A DNA stretch of 64,000 nt, from the NCBI RefSeq assembly GCF_009834535.1, contig NC_045697.1:84384001-84448000 (forward strand), given 5' to 3'. Under the pieces are notes generated by a model. The model was not told where the DNA came from. It ran no database searches and saw only the letters and a program-made list of their open reading frames with translations. Each line of letters starts with the position of its first letter. Position 1 is the first letter of the stretch. This stretch comes from Camelus ferus (lineage: Eukaryota). Shown in pieces: positions 25,782 to 41,494 of this stretch. Made by a program: the position numbers and the translations under genes.

Positions 25782-26289
25782 TGTGATGATTAATTTTATG
25801 TGTCAACTTGAGGATAAAACATTATTTCTGTGTGTGTCTGTGAGGATGTCTCCAGAAGAGATGAGCATTTGAATCACTAGAATGAGTCAAGATCATCAAT
25901 GCCGGTGGGCATCATCTAATTCCTTGAGCGCTTGAACAGAACAAAAAGGCAGAGGAAGGGCAAATTTGCTCTCTGCTTGACCTGAGACATCCATCTTCTC
26001 CTGGTCTCCTGCCTCATCCATTAGAGCTCCTAGTTCTGAAGCTTTGGGACTCAGACCCAGACCAGAGTTACATCACTATCCAACCTCCCCACCCCCTGCC
26101 CCAATTCTTAGGTCTCCAGACTCTGAGTTACACCATCAATTTTCCTGGCTCTCCAGCTTACAGATGACAGCCAGACCATGGAAGTTCTGGGGATCTATAA
26201 TCAAGTGAGCTAATTCTTATGATAAATCTCTTCTTATTCATCTATATATCTATATATCTCCTCCTGGTTATGTTTTTCTGAAGAACCCA
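25782..26289 (+). mobile_element. MLT2-type (ERVL) solo LTR
   Basis: TGTGATGATTAATTTTATGTGTCAACTTGA start; gggcatcatctaattccttgag...gaacaaaaaggcagaggaaggg; flanks ccatc/caatc. Confidence 0.82.
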
Positions 26290-27559
26290 CAATCTGATCT
26301 AGATATTGAATGATACCTAGTTTTCATATATAAGGAAAATGTCAAACATTTATATAGTTTTTTGATTATTATGTATTAATATCTTATTACTAATAAATGT
26401 GGTGCCACATTCAACAAAGTTACATAAATGACGGGATGATGCAGGAGATGATGTGTGACTGAACAGCACTGGTATTTGAGGTCTAAGTTTTGGATTTTGC
26501 TTTATATTTCAAATATATGTATGTATTGTTTTATTAGTAATAAAAGAGTTGAAAACCCAACTTTATAACATTCTGTTACAAAATTTTAAGAAGTGAATCA
26601 AATGTTTACCATTTCTTACAATGTACTTATCTAGGAGACTATTTTTTCACTCTTAGTTTTAATCTGAGCACTATTATATTTCATGGCCACCTCTTGGTTT
26701 TCTATCGCTACATTACAACTTTAAAAGCATTCTGTGGTCAGATAAGCTTAAGAAATATTGCTTATCAGTGTTATTTTACGGCCATATGTAAAGAAAGAGG
26801 ACTCAGAAAGCATAGACTGTTTTTTTCATATTCTGACTATTTTCACAAAAGGCTATGAGACAGTATTTTGACTATTAAAATTATGAGTGGGCTGAGTAAT
26901 GAATTATCCACTAGCCAAGTCACTTCCACTTGTTAACACCAATGTAAGTTATGTCACAGATCAACCCCGTGACTTCTAATGAAATTCCTGGGCCAGGAAT
27001 AACTTCTGCAAGGCCATTACAAACACAGATCAAGGGTGTTAAGGGTGAAGCAGCAACATGAGGAATCCACAGGCTAAGAGGCTTCCCTCTGGGGGCACTG
27101 CAAATCAAGGACCCTGGGTCTATTTTAGACAACAGGACAAGAATTAAATCATTACTAGCTGCAAAACAAAAACGACACCTTCAAAACTCTAAAGATAGTA
27201 AGCAGACTAAACAAAATGCATGTAAGTGGAGAAATTTTCAGGCTGAGAATCTCAGGACCACGCAGACAAATGAAGGCTTTCTCAGCAAAGCTGAACCATA
27301 TTTATGGTCCTACCATACTTGGGACCATAGTGCCATTGGAAAGCGGAAACCCAGCTGTCACCTAGGACAGGAGCAGAATTCTGCAAATTTGGCAGCAATC
27401 CTTCAGCTGCGTCCTTAATACCCCTCTGGACGCTGCTATGGTGTGATGTTACTACAGAGCTCAAAGAGGTCATGGAGACAGCCCCATGAAGAATCAAAAT
27501 GGAAAAAACTGTTTGTAGAGAACAGATTCTGAAAAACATCTCCCAATTTAACCTATGTG

Positions 27560-28350
27560 AACTATCACATCTCCCCGCAGATCCCTGCCACCGGTATTCC
27601 TCACCAGTTACCATTATTCACCCAACTTCACAACCTGAGTCATCTCCAACTCCTCTTTTCTCCTCACTTCCATCTCCTACTAGCTGCTGAGTCTAGCAGG
27701 TTCAACTTCATCTGAAATCCATTCGCTCTATTTGATCTTGAAGGCCAGCGCCCTGGTTCAGGTCTTAACTTACTCAGACTATTAAAATAACCTATCTTCC
27801 CGGTGTCCAGGATTTTCCCCTCTAATTCATTTTATGACCACTATAAAATTCATCTTTCTAAAACACAGTCAGAATCAAATCACCTTCAATTATTCCTCAT
27901 GGCTCTGAATCACATACATACTCCTCAGCCTGGAATTCAAGACCCCAGTAATCACCAGTAGCTCCTCAACATCTAAACTGTCTATTATGCACACATTTCC
28001 ATACAAGCACCACATGGTCCAACTTCCTGTCTCCTCTTCAAATTTCTCTTCACATTTGGATCTCACTGTGCACACAACTCAATCTATTCAGGTCTTATCC
28101 ATTTTCCAGGGTCTTTATCAAGCATTGCTTCCTCAAAGAAACCTCTCTCCATCTCCCCAATTAGATGTGATCTCCTTCCCTGAACCTAACACATTTTCCC
28201 TGGCATCTATTATGACCTGCTTTCTATTCTACTTACTTATCTTTACTACTATAATTTTCTCTCAATCAATATTTATAAATACAGTATTTCTATGTGCCAG
28301 GCACTATATTAGGCATCAGGAATACAGGGGTGAATAAAATAGCTATGACT
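27560..28350. mobile_element. Degraded LINE-2 pieces (plus-strand body, then minus-strand tail ~28255-28350)
   Basis: catctttctaaaacacagtcagaatca; tactcctcagcctggaattcaag; ctatgtgccaggcactatattaggc. Confidence 0.6.
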
Positions 28351-29109
28351 TCTCAAATTACACAGCAGAGCCTCAAGCTGGCAATACTATGGAAACTTTA
28401 CTACAATAGAGTTAGAAAAATTATTCTATTAAAGTGGTAGAACATAATTCATAAGCATACCAAGTGTCATTCAATTAAGATACTTTGTTTAAAACCCCTA
28501 ATTCTATTAACAAAATAATAATTTTAAATAAGAAATCTGAAGAATCATACAGTGTAATTTTTACGTCCATAATCAAAGGCCTGTTCATAACTGAACCAAA
28601 AGTGGAAGAAATATCGAATCTTCCAATTGAATTATTTTAGGGCAAAAATTTCCATTTTTTGAAGACATCCATAAATTTATTTGTTTAATAAAAGAAATGA
28701 AAAGAAAGGATGGAAAGAAAGACAATCAGATTTTGGTATCAATGGGGCTTCAAATGAATGAATATGATTAACGGAATAAGTGAATTTTAGAAGGTTTGGT
28801 TTTCTGACTGTTTGGGGACCTATCATTTTGGAATCTGAGTAAAATCGTCGGAAGTTCATGTGGAGATAACACAGATAGAGATGTGTATAGTCATCAGGTA
28901 AAAAGATGAAAGCATACAACTATGAGATGAGCCATGCTAAGTTATCATTAAAGAGAAAAACAAGACAAGATTTCTCTCAGGCTCTTATTCTTGACTTAGC
29001 CATCAGTGAAGGAATTCTGGCATTTAAAAGATGGGAAAGTTCCTACCATACATTCTCATTTTAAGTAAGTATGCAAATTAGTACATCTCATTTTCAAAAC
29101 TCCCCATTA

Positions 29110-29913
<804 letters not shown>

Positions 29914-30549
29914 TTATTTAGGACAATTTTATTTGGAAAAACTGTGGCGGACAATTGCTTCAATGAAAATTTTAATAAGGTCTGACTTCTATATACATAT
30001 ATTTTCAGATACATGTTTTACAACACATCAAGTGTCAAGTCTGCTCCTCTCACAATCAGTTTGTATCAAAGTAAAAAAAAAATCTGACAAGTCTTAGGAG
30101 AACATAAAAATGGAAAATAATGTGCTATTTAAAATGCACCTTGTTCTGAAGTTGAATATTTTTAAAAATTTACCTAAATTTGGCTAGCCAATATGCTTAA
30201 TTTTTAGATAGTTTTTATCTATAGCACTACATATAGATTATATTTAGAAAGGGAAAAGGAAAATGTAAACAATTTGATCTGGTATGTAGTAGAAAGATAG
30301 ACTTCTATTAGTATCATTCTAATAATGCTTGTTCAAGTAATGGTAAAATGATGATCTCTTCTTCTAGATTATCTACTCCTTTCATAAAGGGCGAAAATTA
30401 AAAAGTAGGCAATAACTGGCCTAGAGAATTCAGGCCAAGAGGAATGAAATTATTTATGTTGTTAATGTGCCAACCTATGAAGAAATCTAGCTGAGCTAAA
30501 GCATTCACAGTAGGTGATTTTTTAAAATAAATATACCAGATCATACACA

Positions 30550-30885
30550 TCCAAATGATTATTGTTCAATTCAAGTAATTCCACCTGGAAAGATGTAATC
30601 TTACACCAATTGATGGTGCTATTACGTTAGACATTTTTGGAACTCTTCTTCTGAAACTAGCTTCTAAAAGAAATTAATAAGCCATATAGGAATATTAGTT
30701 TTATCTAAAAGTTAGATCTTGTTTTTCACTAAGCCTTCCTCTCAAAACAAGCAAAACCACAACAAATCTGAAGAAACAGCTAACTTAATATATATCTTAA
30801 GGATTAGACTTGACTTTTTCCAAAACTAAAATTTACTTCCAAAAGACAAAAACTTGCTACCACCGAGGATATTTAAAAGAACTGG
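30550..30885 (+). mobile_element. MARNA-like mariner relic with transposase remnant
   Basis: 30817-30873 translates FPKLKFTSKRQKLATTEDI, resembling the mariner transposase C-terminal motif (LFPKLK..LKGRRF.T.EDI). The 5' part is homologous to 20490 and 52575. Confidence 0.7.
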
Positions 30886-30929
30886 TCTTATAGAGCAATG
30901 CAGCCTCCACTCCACAGTGGCTTATTGAT

Positions 30930-31350
30930 CATTTTCACCAAACAGCCAGGATGAAAAAGTTGGACAATGCACCGTTTTGGAGAGTGTCTGTGTCCTGACA
31001 CTCTCCAATACTTCTGGCTGCTGTAAAAATTGATATCACCTACTTGGAAGGCAAGTAGGCGATAATCACCTCTTCAGAAGGCAAGCAGGCAACATCTAAC
31101 GAGTTTTAAAATACATTCATCCTTTGTTCCAGAGGTTTTTCACATGTGGCAAAGGAAGCACCGGGATATTTATTTACTGTGGTATTGCTTGTTATAGCAA
31201 AGATAAGAAGCAACCTAATACCACCTATAGAAGGGGGGCAAATCACATCATGGCACATTTATAAATGTAACATTAGGCAGACGTTAAAAAATGGTCATAG
31301 GTACTGATATCAATGATGATTTGAATTATAATTAAGTGAAAAAAGGTGCA
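30930..31350 (+). mobile_element. Highly degraded L1ME-like fragment
   Basis: Remnant L1 3' motifs (ttgcttgttatagcaaaga...aagcaacctaa; attaagtgaaaaaa). Confidence 0.5.
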
Positions 31351-32069
31351 GAAAGAGAAGAGTTTGCCTTTTTTCGGAGTCTCTACTAAGTCTTACACTT
31401 ATGGAATGTTCCCTTAATTATTTTATTTTGACCAACAATCTATTGTTTGGTAAATATCCCTGAAATGGTACTGATCTAGAATGAAATGGGTCAAAAAAAA
31501 AAAAAAAAAGATAATACAGATGTTATCAGGATTACCTCAGGATTATCCAATAATTCCAAGTGTTAGATACAGTTATAAATTTTAAAGCTTTCTTTAAAAA
31601 GCAATGTAGTAGGTAAATAGACTGCACAGATCTCCAGTGTGTACCTACAGCATAGAGTTTTTAAAAATATAATTGTCCTAATGTTTTATAAATGCATGAT
31701 GAGAGCAGACAATGATATTAAAATAATGCTGTATCTCAAAGACTTCAATAGAAATGAGGGGACATACTTTGGAAAGCACTAACTTAACCAAAATCATGGT
31801 AGTGGGGCAAAGACACTGATGTCAGAAATGCATGTGAATCTGTCAGAAATGTACAGGAAGCATCTGAATAAAGTTGTTTTGTAAAATGTAAAGAAAAAAG
31901 CAATATGTTTAAATTAAGATATCTCACGTGATTTAAAAATACATGTATACAACTTAAATTGTCAAATCAATATAAAAATAGGCATTTTAACTATTTCAGC
32001 TACAAACCTAAAACCTCAACTTATTTCTTCTCATTGGAAACTGGTGATCAGCTTTTTAATTTTTTAGTC

Positions 32070-32912
32070 AAACCACCTACTTGACCACTCCATGTGAATG
32101 TCTAAACAGACACCTTAAAATGGTGACATCAGAATTCTAATGCCCGACCTGTTACCTTGCTCCAACCTCACTCCCTGCCAGTCTTCCTCATATTAATAAA
32201 TAGCACCATCACTGCCCTAGTTACTCAACCAAACATCAAGGAATTACTCTGAATTTCTGTTTCCTGTATCTCTCACATCCAATCCAGCAGCCAAGTCCTG
32301 TCAACTCAACTTCCAAAACCTTATACCCCAATCTGTTCATTTCTATCTCCTGTAATACCTCCCTGGTCCAGTGGACTATGGCCACAGCCCCTTAACTAGT
32401 CTATTACACTGGTCTCCTTTCAATCCATTCTCCATACAGCAACCAAAATAATCTTTGAACAAAGAAAACCTTAACATCTTAACTATCCTTCTTGGCTCCT
32501 CACTGACTTGAGAATAAAACCCAAACTCCTTCAACCCCCACCACAGTCCCCCTCACCCACGCTGACCCCTGGGTGCTCCTCAACCACACCAAACTCAACG
32601 GCGCCCAGTCTGGAATGCTCTCCTCACCTGCACCTGGCTGGGCACAGCTCCCTCATCCCCTGTGCAGACAGGCCTTCCTTGATCACTCCACCTCATGTGG
32701 CCCCGGCATATTCTGTTCCTCCCCCAACACTATCTGCTCTTATTCTTGTCTATTTTTCTTGCTTATTAATCTGTTGGTTTATTGTCTGTTTCCTCCAAGT
32801 AGATGTAAATTCATAGTTGTCTGTCTTGTTGGTGACTGCCTCCCTGTCCTTAGAAAAAGCCTGTCATGTAGTATATCCTCGATAAATATTTGAGTGAATG
32901 AATAAATAAATA
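32070..32912 (+). mobile_element. LINE-2 fragment with 3' tail
   Basis: ctcacatccaatccagcagccaagtcctg; ttcaatccattctccatacagcaacc; ends gataaatatttgagtgaatgaataaataaa. Confidence 0.85.
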
Positions 32913-33737
32913 AAGGCTCCCACATTAATCACATTAGAAAGGGCAATGATCTTTTGCGTATCTGAACGCTGGAATATTTGTTACAGAAAATCAACACTGC
33001 GCTTTGGCTATTAACGTTCATTATCCCTTGGGTGTAAGCCTCATAACTGACCATGGCTAATTTCCCCTCACACACCCTGCAGGGCCTAATCTATGTCTGA
33101 AGCAGAGCCACTGCCCCCAAATTCTTTGTTAGGTGATTTATATTACTATATTTAATTGTCTCAAAAGTGTTTCATTTCTAGATATTTTCTTGGAGAGATG
33201 AACTCAGTATTAAATGACACAGGAAAAGTACATCTAGTATAGTCAGTCATTCAGTCACTACCAGTCATGGGAGGAAGGGTTTTCTGATGACCACATTATT
33301 GATTATCTGAGTCCCTGTAGATACAGGCCTGCTCAGGAAAACACGTTGTCATAACATCAAAACAATCACCTATAATCCAACCACAAATAAAATTAAATCG
33401 TCTCTCACGTGTCTCCCCCTTCAGGCAGCCCTTGAGGTTTTGCAGTGCATGACCTATGTTGCTGTATGACGTGGGCCTTCCTCCTTAAGACTAATGTCTA
33501 TCATCTCCTTTTCATTGTTTTTTAATGTTTCAGTCTCTGCAAATACAAATCACCTGCAGACTGAAATTTAAATTCTTACATAAGATACAGAATTTCTAGT
33601 AGATAAAAGTGATGTTGAGAACTGTTCCAATATTCCATAAAACCACTGATAATTAAGGGTTATGCCCAATTAAAGACCAGACAACAATTAAAAGAAGAAT
33701 CAACAAGGACAATAACATAATAAATACCTGCAAAGAG

Positions 33738-33808
33738 AATTCTCTTCAAATAACTACATTAACAAAGACTCTTCAAATTCTCTTCAAATAACTAGATTAA
33801 GAAAGGCT
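33738..33808 (+). repeat. Imperfect tandem duplication, 38-bp period
   Basis: AATTCTCTTCAAATAACTA(C/G)ATTAA(C/G)AAAG(A/G)CT at 33738 and 33776. Confidence 0.85.
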
Positions 33809-35019
33809 TTTGGAAAAACTCATGAAGTCTTCAAATATTAATTCAAAAAAACTATCTTGGGGGAAAAAAAAGACTCCTTATGATTACGCTGCAAAAGTCA
33901 AACAAGAAGTAAACATACTGTTCACAGTACTGTCTTGCCAGAAAATTGTTTATTCTGCAAATTAGCCTGGAGTTTTTATTATAACCTAAATTTTATTAAA
34001 TCTAAAATAAGATAAATTTACTTTCATAACTTATAGTTCCATTTTTCAAGATAAAGTTCCAATCGAAACTTTTCATTGATATTTTACCATTTTAATTGGA
34101 TTCACTTTTAAGTGTCCTTTTTTTCTAGAGTGAATTATTTTCATGAAGACCCTTGAGTGTGTCTGGGACTATGGTGGACACGAGGGAGGCAGGACTGAGC
34201 AAACCCAGACAAATCACAGAGTCACTTCTCCTCCCCAAAGTGAAGTTTATATTGTGTCCTGAAGTTAATTTATATACATCCTGAATTCTTCTATCATATG
34301 AAGTTATATGTAACTGCATACAAATGAATAAAGATGGAAAGATGGACATGTCAAATACGAGGGTAAAAATACCAGATGGGATTCAAGAAACTCGGTTTCT
34401 GACGGGACAAATCACTCCTGTGGCCTGGGAAAGGATCTCTACTTTCCCTCCTTTCTCTTCTTTGATTCTATGAGGTTTTGAAAAGTATTTACATTAGTGA
34501 TATTGGAAGGGGGAAAAAAGCACTATTCTGTTTAAACCTATTTTCTGCATTATGCAGCTAAATTAAATGGTTGAACTAAACACATTCTGCTAGTTGGTAG
34601 CAAGGCCAGGAATCAAATCCAGGTCTCCTAGTCCAGGTCTTATGGCCTACAAGAATGTAAAAGTTCTCAGAACATTGATGCTTATTATGAAGAAAACACA
34701 CCATGACATCTAGCTGCATCTGAAAGAGTCAAAATCAAATTTAAACACACAAGGCAAAAAGAGAATAAAATCACTAATAATAACACATTCTCTAACTTAA
34801 TTCTTTCTGTCCAGATCATAAAAGAATGGCACACTAAACCACTGAGGTAAAAACACTGCCTCAAGGGACTCAGAGAACAAAGATTCTTAACGACAGTGTC
34901 TTGAAAAAAATCTGACTGAATCCCATGTCTACCTGAAGACAGGCCATGGTTTATAAAACTAAAAAGATGCACTGAAAAGAATGTATTAATAAATGTGTTA
35001 AAGAAAAGAGTAATTCTTA

Positions 35020-35160
35020 CGGCTGCTAGATTTGGCAAATAAAAATACAGGACATTGAGTTAAAGTTGAGTTGCAGATTAAAAAATGAATAATTTTTTAG
35101 TATAAGTAGTATCTAAAATTCAGATTTTACTGGGTGTCTTGTATTTTAGTTGGCCACATT
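35020..35160. mobile_element. MER53-like hAT MITE
   Basis: gctagatttggcaaataaaaatacaggacat...aattcagattttactgggtgtcttgtatttta; internally palindromic. Confidence 0.72.
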
Positions 35161-37559
35161 AGTCATTCGATACTCTGTTTTTCCCAACTGAAACTGCTGG
35201 TAGCTAGACAACAAAGAAAAGGTAAGGTGTTCTATGAAGCATACTAATGAGCTCCAAGCTATCAAATCACTAATACTGATTTTATCATCAAAAGAACACA
35301 AAGGATCCTGTGTACCACACTCTGATCCCGTGTATGATAGTTGAACCTTTTAAAAGCTCTTGGATTAATACCCTGTAGCATAAAATTCTTCCTTAAATCA
35401 AACCTTTTCATTTTACTGTCAAAAACGTACCATATAATTAATAGTGAAAAAGCAAATTGCAACCTACTTATAAATGGGATATTGACTAATTGCTAAAAAT
35501 CCTTGCAACTACAAAGTACCGAAAGGCTGTGGTTTTCAGCCATAAATCCTAAATCCTCATCTATATCTTAGCATTTGCTACTAATGGAATCTATGACCAG
35601 TGGCAATTTTCTTCTTCTTCTGAGTTTCAATTTCTTCCTCTATAAAACAGGGAAAACACTGCCTGTTCTAACTTCTTCATGAAGTGCTAGGTGCTGTCTT
35701 CAGCAGGGTATATAAAATCAAGAATACTAAACTGGCCATCCAATTCCAGCTACAAGACCACACACAGATGTGTGACTGAACCAATCACAACTTCTCTGGA
35801 GCTCACTTTCCCTGATGTACAAGCTCTTCATTGCAAAAATGGGCAGCTGTAATTAACAGGCCACAAAGGCCATGGAGATGCCTACAATGGCTTACATCAT
35901 CAATAGGCCAGGAGGCAACGATTACGAGGTCAGTCAACTCTCACCTCTTTTTGCCCTTCAGTTTCCTCATTTTTAATTAGGGGAAAGATTTCTTACTCCT
36001 TTACTCACCACACAGAGTTGATATATGAGTCCAGTTAGAAAATGCATGTGGAAGCACTTCAAATTAGAACTGAAAAAACACAGGCTCCCTAGACCAATAA
36101 CTACACTCAAATATGACATAATTTTCTGAATATTAAGAGCTGAACATTTAGTTGAGAAGAGTCAATGCTAGAACATAACTTGTTTTTCTACTACTACTCA
36201 GAAATTTTTTAAAAAGTAAGTTATAAAATGAGGGATGATTTTTTTCAAGATGTCAAACATTTTTAATGCTTGACAACAAGTGTGATAAAGTATACAACTA
36301 ATCACCAATGATGACAATCATAGCAATATTTCATAATAACCATAATTATAAACTGGAGAGTGATTTTAATACTTGATAAAACAATACTTTAACACTCTGC
36401 TATAGGAGATTTGGGGATGAAAGTTGGTCCATTTTAGTTCCTACCCAAGGGGACTTCCTTGGGGAAATTCTATAAGTAGTAGGTTGATACCTGGACCTTG
36501 AGGATGCTACCCTTGAGTGGTAGCATTTGGAGAGATTTGAAGGGTGCCACAAACAAAACAGAGTAAAAAGGTACAGGCCCTGAATGAGCCACAAAACACA
36601 ATGCATGATCATGTTTTTGAGTCTTCTATTAAAACATCACCCCTTTTCCTTTCTCTCTAGTCTTTTTAATGTGAATTAACCCCTAAAACCAGAATTACAA
36701 AGAGCATACTAATTTCCTGTCTGAAAAGGGATCATTGATAACTTATTTAGAAGTAGGCTAAAATTATCTGCAGGAAACACAAACAAAAAATAGTTCACAT
36801 AAAATATAATGTTAGATATTTTTCCTGCTCTTGGATCCTAATTTTACACAGTTTTAGTTGTGGTGTTTGTATAACTTGACCTGGAGCCACTACTAGTAAT
36901 TGGAAAACACTTAGAGAAGGAAACTGTTCCATCTAAGAAGCTGATATTCTGCTCTCTGGGTGAGAATCAAGAATGCTTAGAACTGAGAGAAGTTTTTAAA
37001 CTCATTTATGAATTTCTCTGTCTTGATTTCTCACGCCCTCCCATCTCTCATTTTAAAGCCAAGTTTTATTAACCTAAGCTGGCCACAAAGCTGGGAACAC
37101 AATCAGGAGGTCTGGACTCCCATTCCAATTCCCTTTCCAGTACCTCACACAATCCACAATAGGTTCTCTTCAAAACATTAATAAAAATTCATCTGAAAAA
37201 TGAGAAGGTCACAAAGTCTATTAAATCCCTGTTCTGTTGTTCTAATTCTCACTTATCAGAATAAGGGAATGACTCTCAAAGTCTGCACTTACATTTAAGA
37301 CACTGATGATTCTCAAGGTAAAATAAATAGTAACCTACTGAAAATCACTCTAAAAAAAGTTAGGGAAATATGCATTATTTCCTTTTAATTTCTTAAGAAC
37401 CCTAGAAGTAAATGCTATCATTTCCATTTTATAGACAAAGTAAATAAAGTACCTAAGGTCATACTCTTAGAAAGAAGTAGCTCTGGTGTTGAAGCTTAAA
37501 TCTGTCCTATCTGAGGCCCTTACCCACCATAAATAGAAATAAATTTTAAACGGTTCAAA

Positions 37560-37755
37560 ACAATGGCTTCCAACCAAACAGTGGTGCCAGTCTTTGGGAA
37601 GCATTTAGAAATATGTGTCACAATGATTGGGGTGCACTGTCAGTGTCTGGGGCCCAGGGATGTTAAATATCCTACAACATGGTAAACAGCTTCTCACAAC
37701 AACAAGAAGTGACACCACCAAATGCCAAAGAGCATCCAATTTAAGAAGCACTGGT
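37560..37755. mobile_element. hAT-Charlie MITE (MER20/MER3-like)
   Basis: caatggcttccaacc...gtcacaatgattgggg...ccagggatgttaaatatcctaca...ttaagaagcactg. Confidence 0.6.
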
Positions 37756-38829
37756 TTAGATGAATAAAAGATTAACACACTATAATAGGGTTTTAAATGA
37801 CACAGGGGAGGTCTGGGGCACCTCCAAGTAATTCTGCCAATAATCTCTATTCTGATGCTACAGTGAGTAGTTCACTTGCTTCTCTCATGGACTGGAAACA
37901 AACACTACCTAAAGTTATTTAATATTGTGAGATTTCTCCAGCTCTGAAACATGAGACAAAATATATTGGGACAAAATATAAATAAAATGCAGAACTGCTT
38001 CATACGGTTTTACATTCAAATTTGAGAGTTGTAAGTGACATGTTTTGTAATTTTCCATGCATGTACAATCACGTATAAAAAATGTTCCTTAAAGGAAAAC
38101 CTACTTACATCTGAAAGAAAACACACTAACCAAAATCTATGCTGTAAATATATAAACTGATTTGTTTTGCAATTTAGATATGGGAGAGACTGGACTGGAC
38201 TGGCAAGTCTCAACTGAGGTATGAGAAGCCCTAAGAGTCCAAAGCAAGTATGTTTTGAATGTCTATACTGTTTCTATGAAAATGTTTTAATTTTGTGTTT
38301 TTATAATAATACAATTAAAACCAAAAAAGGTGGAAGAAGTATACCTTATTACTGGGATTACCACCTTATAACCAAATATTATCCTGCAATTTTAGCGGTC
38401 AGGTTTATATTGTGTTCTACTGCCGCCCAATGGTTCTGGAATAAAGAGAAAATAAAAGAGGTAGACTCGATATGCAAATATGCTTTCAAGCCAAATAAAA
38501 CCCAAAAGCTGGTATGCTGTGTTACAGGAATAAAAGTTTCATGACTGTTAAGAGACCCAGTGGGAGAAATTAATCATCACAGGGCAACTGCAGCAAAGGC
38601 AAGCTGATCTCACCAGACCCACACTGGGTACTCGGGGCCATATTCACTCTGCAAGGATGATTTAATGAATGCTGTCAATTTGCATTTGGCTAGAGTTTTA
38701 TCAATTTATTTGTAACTAACTTATACATTTATTTTGGCATTATAGTTGCATAAATGCTATAACTATGATTAAATTATACCTACTCTTAAGAATTCCATAT
38801 TTAAATAACATTAAAATAAAACAAAGTCA

Positions 38830-39387
38830 ATACTAAGTATGGCAGATATCTGGAACTTCTGGGTGTGCTCACATCACTTTCTTTTGGGACTGCTCCCCCA
38901 ACCCAGTGACATCACACTATGGGTTACCTGCCCCAATAAGGCAGTGAGACAACCCTATTCTTCCAGACAAATGATTGGTCCAGAGCAGAGAAGTGATGCA
39001 AGGCCAAAATAATTTTGAGAGGACTGATATAGATATGGTACTTCTCAAACATCAGAAGTATAAGATCCACATAAACTTGCAAGAAACTTTTCTAGTACAT
39101 AAAGAAAGCATGCAGGAGATAAAGTCAACAAAAAATAGGGCCAAAAGGATAGATCGATGAATGGATGGACAGGAGGAAGGAAGAAAGGATGGATAGATAG
39201 ACTGAAGGAAGGACAGACAGATTAGACAGATCTACAGACAGAAAGACAGAATCTTGACAAAATTATTTCATCAGCTGAATTTCATATCCACATCAATCCC
39301 CCAGGCTCGTCAATTATGTGAGTCAATTTTATATGAGTTCAGTTGGGTTTCTGTCACTTGTGACCAAAAACTTTCTCACTAAGATAC
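38830..39387 (+). mobile_element. Old MaLR LTR (MLT1J/K-like) containing a degenerate GGAT/AGAC simple repeat (39147-39250)
   Basis: 3' end gagttcagttgggtttctgtcacttgtgaccaaaaactttctcactaagatac. Confidence 0.5.
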
Positions 39388-41463
39388 TGGAGATCACTAA
39401 GAATGTCTGTCTTTAATAGGGGAACATCACTTCAGTTTGAGAAACACAGGATTACATAATCCCCTCCAACTCTAAGTTCACAGATTCTGTGTGTGTATGT
39501 TATAATTATTTCATCAGCCTAAAAGGTCATGATCTTTTCTCTTCTTATAGCCTCAGCACAGTTATTCAACAGAAACTATTTTTTAAAAAAATAGTTATCA
39601 CTAGGGATATAATCATCAGATGGGGAGCCCTTTTCTCCCAAGTTTACATGTAATGAAATTATTCAGAGAAGACAGTTTGCAAGAAGTTAATCTTACTTTG
39701 TAATTCAGAATCAAGGGAAATGTCTCAAAAAATACAGAAACGAACAGTGGCACCTAAGACTTTAAAAAGCATGTTCACTACAAACTACAAATAGGGGATA
39801 TGAATATATATATCTTTAAAGGCTTCTTAGAATATTTATCAGAATCATTCTTATAAACTTAATATTCAGTTTGCTTTACCTGCCTTAAATTTCCTTGGCA
39901 AAAGATACAAATTCCTACCAGTTAGAGAAAATGAATAAAGCACTTACACCATGAAAAAAAAATGATTCAAAATAAAATGAGAATACCAAGTCAATAAATA
40001 ACAGTACAGAGCTAAATATCAAATGAATGACTCATGTGGAAAAAGTTTCTTCAATTTTTATTCTTAGGTATGTACTTCACAGGCTTTTTTTTTTTTAAAC
40101 TAAGAACCAGATATAAGAGATATTTCCAAGGCTACATCAGTCAGCTATAACGCTAGTCAACTGAATCTATATCTGTCCAGCTAAACTAATTTCATAGAAA
40201 TCCTGCAAAGTCAATATCTAGTCTGCATCCTAAATTCAAAAATTAAGTCATTTTTTAACCTTTCAATATCAATCAACTCAGTGATTTATTTAATGCCCTC
40301 AATCCCTACTAAAGACTTTTATACTAGGAAGTTTCTATCCTACAATCAACCCTGTGAACAAAGAACAAATCTAACTCAACACAACAGTTACAGGTTTAAT
40401 GAATTGTTAGATTGAAAACTATTCTGAGGATAAACTAATAAATACCAAGCAGTTCTTTTTTTTTTTTAAGCGTTTTCAATTATGAAAAAAAAATTTCCCA
40501 AGCATTATTAAAATGTACTAGGAAGTTCAAGCAATTTTCAGTTAATTTGCATTTTCAAATCTAGAGGAAGGGATGCAACCTAGTAAGACATATTCTCTGC
40601 AATCAGTAAGGGCAAAGGTACAAGCTTTACCTATCCAACTTGAAAGCACTTCCAAAGATTTTCAAAGAAATGATATGAAACCAGACTCAAATCATTTCTT
40701 TAGGTGGAACTATTTAAAAAGGAAATTTTGTTGCACAGTATAATCAAAAGGCTAAAAATCTGCTCATCCTTAGGTGCTGAAGATGACATTATGAAAATAT
40801 TGGCAAGTTCTACAAATCTTCAGATCACAAACTGAAAAAAAAAGCTACTGAATTGTACCAGAAGCCTATTTAAGTTTATGTTATACTAAGCAAATAGATT
40901 TACTTTGAGATATCTATGCCTAATTGCCACTGCATTAATTCTACCACAGTTTTGGGAATCATTATTTTGTAAGATGGGCTCTGAACTGGATCTGAATACA
41001 AAACTTTGAGAACACTATGAGCAATGAGAAACATCATTTCAGAGACTCCTGTGGATTTTTCCAGATTCAATCCTATCCAAATTCAATCCACATGAGCACT
41101 TTTAGGGCACTAAAAAAGTTACCTTAGAACTGGCTATATAAACCCTGATTATACGTAATACAAGGATAAAAGGACATTATTGCACCAGAATTACCATAAT
41201 AAAAATATTAGAAATAGTATCAAAGTCAGACTGAGCCAATACCCACAGGGTTTTATTACCTTCAACACTAGCGACTATTTAACAAAACATGCTTAACAAA
41301 CCTTTTGTCTGAAAACTGCGAAAAGTTTATATTCCTATATGATGATCAAAAAATTTTAAGATTGAATAGCAATATTTATTTTACACCCATCATCTGATTT
41401 GAAGATAAATATCTTGCAAATAAAAACATTACAACTTTTAGAGATGAGAAAAAAACTATGGTG

Positions 41464-41494
41464 AAAAAAAAAAAAGAAAGAAAGAAAGAAAGAA
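41464..41494 (+). repeat. Poly-A + (GAAA)n simple repeat
   Basis: aaaaaaaaaaaagaaagaaagaaagaaagaa. Confidence 0.85.
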
